Below, piece after piece: positions 60,735 through 64,000 of a DNA stretch of 64,000 nt. Within the stretch, counting starts at the first letter, position 1; the number at the start of each line of letters is the position of its first letter. The notes below the pieces were generated by a model, which was not told the DNA's origin, did not search any database, and saw nothing but the letters and a program-made list of their open reading frames with translations. The DNA comes from Candidatus Actinomarina sp. (GTDB lineage: Bacteria; Actinomycetota; Acidimicrobiia; Actinomarinales; Actinomarinaceae): NCBI GenBank assembly GCA_038147085.1, contig JAYQSV010000001.1:485983-549982 (forward strand), read 5' to 3'. Both the position numbers and the translations under genes were made by a program.

Positions 60735-62732
60735 ATGATACCATTTCAAGTTAAATCAGAGTTTAAACCAAAAGGCGATCAGCCTAATGCAATTGAAGAG
60801 TTGTATCAGGGATTACAGAATGGAAACGATTTTCAAACACTTAAAGGAATTACTGGATCAGGTAAATCTGCAACCATTGCATGGTTGATTGAGAAATGTC
60901 AATTACCAACACTTGTTTTAGCACCTAACAAAGCTTTAGCTGCACAGTTAGCAAATGAGTTTAGGCAATTCTTTCCAGATAATAGAGTCGAATATTTTGT
61001 GTCTTATTATGACTATTACCAACCAGAAGCTTATGTTCCAAGAACTGATACTTTCATCGAGAAAGATGCAAATATAAATGAAGAAATTGATAGGTTAAGA
61101 CATTCCGCAACGAGTGCTCTTTTGTTGAGAAATGATGTCATCGTTGTATCTTCGGTTTCATGTATTTATGGACTTGGATCACCAGAAGAATACAAAAATA
61201 AGTTAATACCAATTCAATTAGGTCATGAATACGATTTAGATAAATTGTTATTAGATTTGGTAAAACAACAGTACACAAGAAATGATTTAGTTGTTAATAG
61301 AGGTTCTTTCAGGGTTAAAGGCGATACATTAGATATTTTTCCAGTTTATGAAGAAACTATTTTTCGAATTGAGTTCTTTGGTGATGAGGTAGAAAATATA
61401 TCAAGAATAGACCCAACAACTGGAGAAATTCTTGAAAAACTTGGTGAGTTAGCCATACTACCTGCTACACATTATGTTATTTCAGAAGATTTGAAGAAAA
61501 ATGCCATAAATAAAATAAAAGAAGACTTAGACGAACAAATTAAAAAATTTGAAAGTGAAAATAAGCTTTTGGAAGCACAAAGAATTGCACAAAGAACTAA
61601 TTTTGATTTAGAAATGATTTCTGAATTGGGGGTATGTTCTGGAATTGAAAATTATTCAAGATATTTTGATGGAAGAAATCCAGGTGAACCACCTTATACT
61701 TTAATAGATTTTTTTGGTGACAATTTTTTAATGGTAGTTGATGAAAGCCATATAGCCATCCCACAAATAAGAGGACAATATGAAGGTGATAAATCGAGAA
61801 AAACTACATTAGTTGATTATGGGTTTAGATTGCCTGCTGCTTTAGACAATAGGCCTTTAAAATTTGATGAATGGAAAAGTAAAGTAAAGAAAACTGTACT
61901 TGTTTCAGCAACTCCTGGAAAATGGGAGAATGAAAATTCACAACTTTTTGTTGAGCAAATAATAAGACCAACAGGACTTTTAGATCCAAATGTTGTTATA
62001 AAGCCAACTGAAAATCAGATACATGATTTATTAGCAGAAATAAAAAATGTCATTAACAATGGAAATAGAGTGCTTGTAACAACATTAACAAAAAAAATGA
62101 GCGAAGCTTTAAGTGATTTTTTACTCAAATCTGGAATTAAAACTAGATACCTACATTCTGATATAGACACTTTAGAAAGAATTGAGATTTTAAGAGATTT
62201 AAGAAAGGGTGAGTTTGATGTTTTGGTAGGCATTAATTTATTGAGAGAAGGTTTAGACTTACCAGAAGTTCAGTTAGTTGCAATTTTGGACGCTGATAAA
62301 GAAGGTTTTCTGAGATCAGAAACAAGTTTAATTCAGACAATAGGAAGAGCTGCAAGAAATAAAGATGGTTACGTCATTATGTATGCGGATAAGTATACAG
62401 ATTCTATGACAAAAGCTGTTCAGGAGACTAAGAGAAGAAGAGCTTTACAAGAAGAACATAATCGAAAACACAACATTACACCAAAGACAATTGAAAAAGG
62501 AATTACCGATATACTTGAATTAGTTGAAAAAACGCGAGCATCTGATTCTTCTGGATTATCAAAATCTAGCTTAGACATAACTAATGCATCAAAAGAAGAC
62601 TTAATAAAATTATCTAAAAATATAGAAATTGAAATGAAATCAGCTGCAGAATTACTTGAATTCGAGCTTGCTGCTAGATTAAGAGACGAGTTAAAAGAAT
62701 TAAGAAAAGAAATACAAGAATTTTCATTATGA
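60735..62732 (+). CDS. uvrB: Excinuclease ABC subunit B
   Basis: GITGSGKS Walker A, beta-hairpin region, C-terminal UVR coiled coil. Confidence 0.95.
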   Translation: MIPFQVKSEFKPKGDQPNAIEELYQGLQNGNDFQTLKGITGSGKSATIAWLIEKCQLPTLVLAPNKALAAQLANEFRQFFPDNRVEYFVSYYDYYQPEAYVPRTDTFIEKDANINEEIDRLRHSATSALLLRNDVIVVSSVSCIYGLGSPEEYKNKLIPIQLGHEYDLDKLLLDLVKQQYTRNDLVVNRGSFRVKGDTLDIFPVYEETIFRIEFFGDEVENISRIDPTTGEILEKLGELAILPATHYVISEDLKKNAINKIKEDLDEQIKKFESENKLLEAQRIAQRTNFDLEMISELGVCSGIENYSRYFDGRNPGEPPYTLIDFFGDNFLMVVDESHIAIPQIRGQYEGDKSRKTTLVDYGFRLPAALDNRPLKFDEWKSKVKKTVLVSATPGKWENENSQLFVEQIIRPTGLLDPNVVIKPTENQIHDLLAEIKNVINNGNRVLVTTLTKKMSEALSDFLLKSGIKTRYLHSDIDTLERIEILRDLRKGEFDVLVGINLLREGLDLPEVQLVAILDADKEGFLRSETSLIQTIGRAARNKDGYVIMYADKYTDSMTKAVQETKRRRALQEEHNRKHNITPKTIEKGITDILELVEKTRASDSSGLSKSSLDITNASKEDLIKLSKNIEIEMKSAAELLEFELAARLRDELKELRKEIQEFSL

Positions 62733-64000
62733 ATCAAGAATTTTTAAAAATAAGAGGAGCCAAAGAACACAATTTAAAAAACATTTCTGTGGATATACCA
62801 AAAAACTCTCTTGTTGTAATAACAGGTCTATCTGGATCAGGTAAATCTTCATTAGCCTTTGACACTATATACGCAGAAGGACAAAGAAGATATGTAGAGA
62901 GTCTTAGTGCATATGCTCGACAATTTTTAGGACAAATGGAAAAGCCAAATGTCGAAAGTATTGAAGGTCTATCTCCTGCTATAGCAATAGATCAAAAAAC
63001 TTCATCAAGAAGCCCCCGTTCAACAGTTGGCACAGTAACTGAGATCCAAGATTATCTAAGACTTTTATGGGCTAGAATTGGAATTAGTTACTGTCCAAAA
63101 TGTAATAAAAAAATTGATAAACAATCAATTAACTTTATCGTTAAACAAATTTTGCAGCTAGGTGAAAATAAAAACATTGATGTTTTAGCACCAATAATAA
63201 AGTCAAGAAAAGGTGAGTTCGATACATTATTTAAAGATTTACAGTCCCAAGGATTCTCAAGAGTTTTAGTTGATGGTGAAATTGTTAGGTTAGAAGAAGC
63301 TACAAAACTTGATAGATATTTCAATCATGATATTTCAGTAGTTATAGATAGAATAAAAATTCAAAAAACACCAAGCAGAAGATTAACCCAATCTATTGAA
63401 ACAGCCATTAATTTGACTAAAGGCCAGGTTGATATAAGAATTGAAAAAACTACGCAATCATTTAGTCAAAACTTAGGTTGTGTTGATTGTGGTTTATCCT
63501 TTGATAAATTAGAACCTCGTGATTTTTCATTTAATTCTCCATTCGGCGCTTGTGTAAATTGCAATGGAATTGGTGTAAGTTATGAAATAGATGAGAAATT
63601 ACTAGTAAAAGATTTTGAGTTATCAATTGATCAAAATGTTTTTCCTGACATGTCTACACGTAAGTTTTTTCGAGCGCAAATTTTTGGTGTTTGTGAAGAA
63701 TTTAAAATTCCAACTGATGTTCCTTATAAGAATTTAAGCAAAAACCATAGAGATATATTACTTAATGGAAGTAATGGAGTGGAAACAATTATTAGATATG
63801 TAAACAGGTTTGGTAATTCAAGAAAATGGTATAGACCTTATAGTGGAATTATTCCAATGTTTAAAAGACTCTACGAAGAAACAAAATCTGATTCAGCTAG
63901 GGAATATTATCAACAATTTATGAGAGAGCTTCCATGTCGAGGTTGTGATGGTGAAAGGTTCAATGAAAGATCTAGAAAAGTAAAAATTGAGAATACTACA
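62729..64000 (+). CDS. uvrA: Excinuclease ABC subunit A (3'-truncated by window edge)
   Basis: Starts with ATG overlapping the uvrB stop (ATGA). MNQEFLKIRGAKEHNLKNISVDIPKNSLVVITGLSGSGKSSLAFDTIYAEGQRRYVESLSAYARQFLG. Not in the ORF track because no stop falls inside the window. Confidence 0.95.
   Translation, partial: MNQEFLKIRGAKEHNLKNISVDIPKNSLVVITGLSGSGKSSLAFDTIYAEGQRRYVESLSAYARQFLGQMEKPNVESIEGLSPAIAIDQKTSSRSPRSTVGTVTEIQDYLRLLWARIGISYCPKCNKKIDKQSINFIVKQILQLGENKNIDVLAPIIKSRKGEFDTLFKDLQSQGFSRVLVDGEIVRLEEATKLDRYFNHDISVVIDRIKIQKTPSRRLTQSIETAINLTKGQVDIRIEKTTQSFSQNLGCVDCGLSFDKLEPRDFSFNSPFGACVNCNGIGVSYEIDEKLLVKDFELSIDQNVFPDMSTRKFFRAQIFGVCEEFKIPTDVPYKNLSKNHRDILLNGSNGVETIIRYVNRFGNSRKWYRPYSGIIPMFKRLYEETKSDSAREYYQQFMRELPCRGCDGERFNERSRKVKIENTT

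Noticed and set aside
1-64000. CRISPR arrays, tandem repeats, IS elements, toxin-antitoxin pairs, defence islands
   Set aside because: No regularly spaced direct repeats, no transposase or integrase-like ORFs, and no compositionally distinct block were seen. The window reads as core genome throughout.

Overview
AT-rich (about 30% G+C by eye), gene-dense window in which almost every gene is a housekeeping function; many neighbouring genes overlap by 1-20 nt, and I see no mobile elements, CRISPR arrays or obvious islands. The synteny points to a streamlined low-GC actinobacterium (inference): COG1579 zinc-ribbon gene followed by rnhA, an ilvB-ilvN-ilvC-leuA-leuB operon, a dcw cluster ending ftsZ-pgeF-yggS-sepF-yggT with no ftsA, the polA-rpsA-coaE-uvrB-uvrA run, a DUF3040 gene, F420-type luciferase-like oxidoreductases, a DnaQ-exonuclease/GIY-YIG (Cho-like) fusion and a eukaryote-like IleRS. 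Contents, minus strand: TauE/SafE exporter, LLM oxidoreductase, RNase P RNA (not in the ORF track), a complete System I cytochrome c maturation cluster (ccmA-B-C-E-F-H plus TPR CcmI-like and CcmG-like genes), the Exo/GIY-YIG fusion, a SpoU/TrmH methyltransferase, a nitroreductase-like gene and ilvBNC-leuAB. Plus strand: queG, ilvD, a metallophosphoesterase, a ROK kinase, a second LLM-like gene, an aminotransferase, a threonine aldolase, DUF3040, a MerR regulator, an HNH endonuclease, the full mraZ-to-ftsZ dcw cluster, ileS (minus), a DksA/TraR zinc finger, lspA, an RluA-family pseudouridine synthase, dnaE, thyX (minus), an EamA transporter (minus), nth, ccdA, a ygfZ-like gene, tRNA-Leu(CAA) (minus), frameshifted polA, rpsA, coaE, uvrB and the start of uvrA. 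Most interesting observations: (1) a 16-codon Val/Leu/Ile-rich leader peptide plus an intrinsic terminator immediately upstream of ilvB, a classic but here unannotated attenuator; (2) a complete Ccm System I plus CcdA where actinobacteria normally use System II; (3) polA split by a -1 frameshift in an A8 run; (4) two genes (HNH endonuclease, RluA-family synthase) with no ATG/GTG/TTG start, each beginning right after the upstream gene's stop, suggesting AUU/AUA initiation or reinitiation; (5) a GC-rich nested hairpin between mraZ and rsmH covering the rsmH ribosome-binding site; (6) a near-consensus promoter with three 10-bp-phased GTGK repeats upstream of mraZ.
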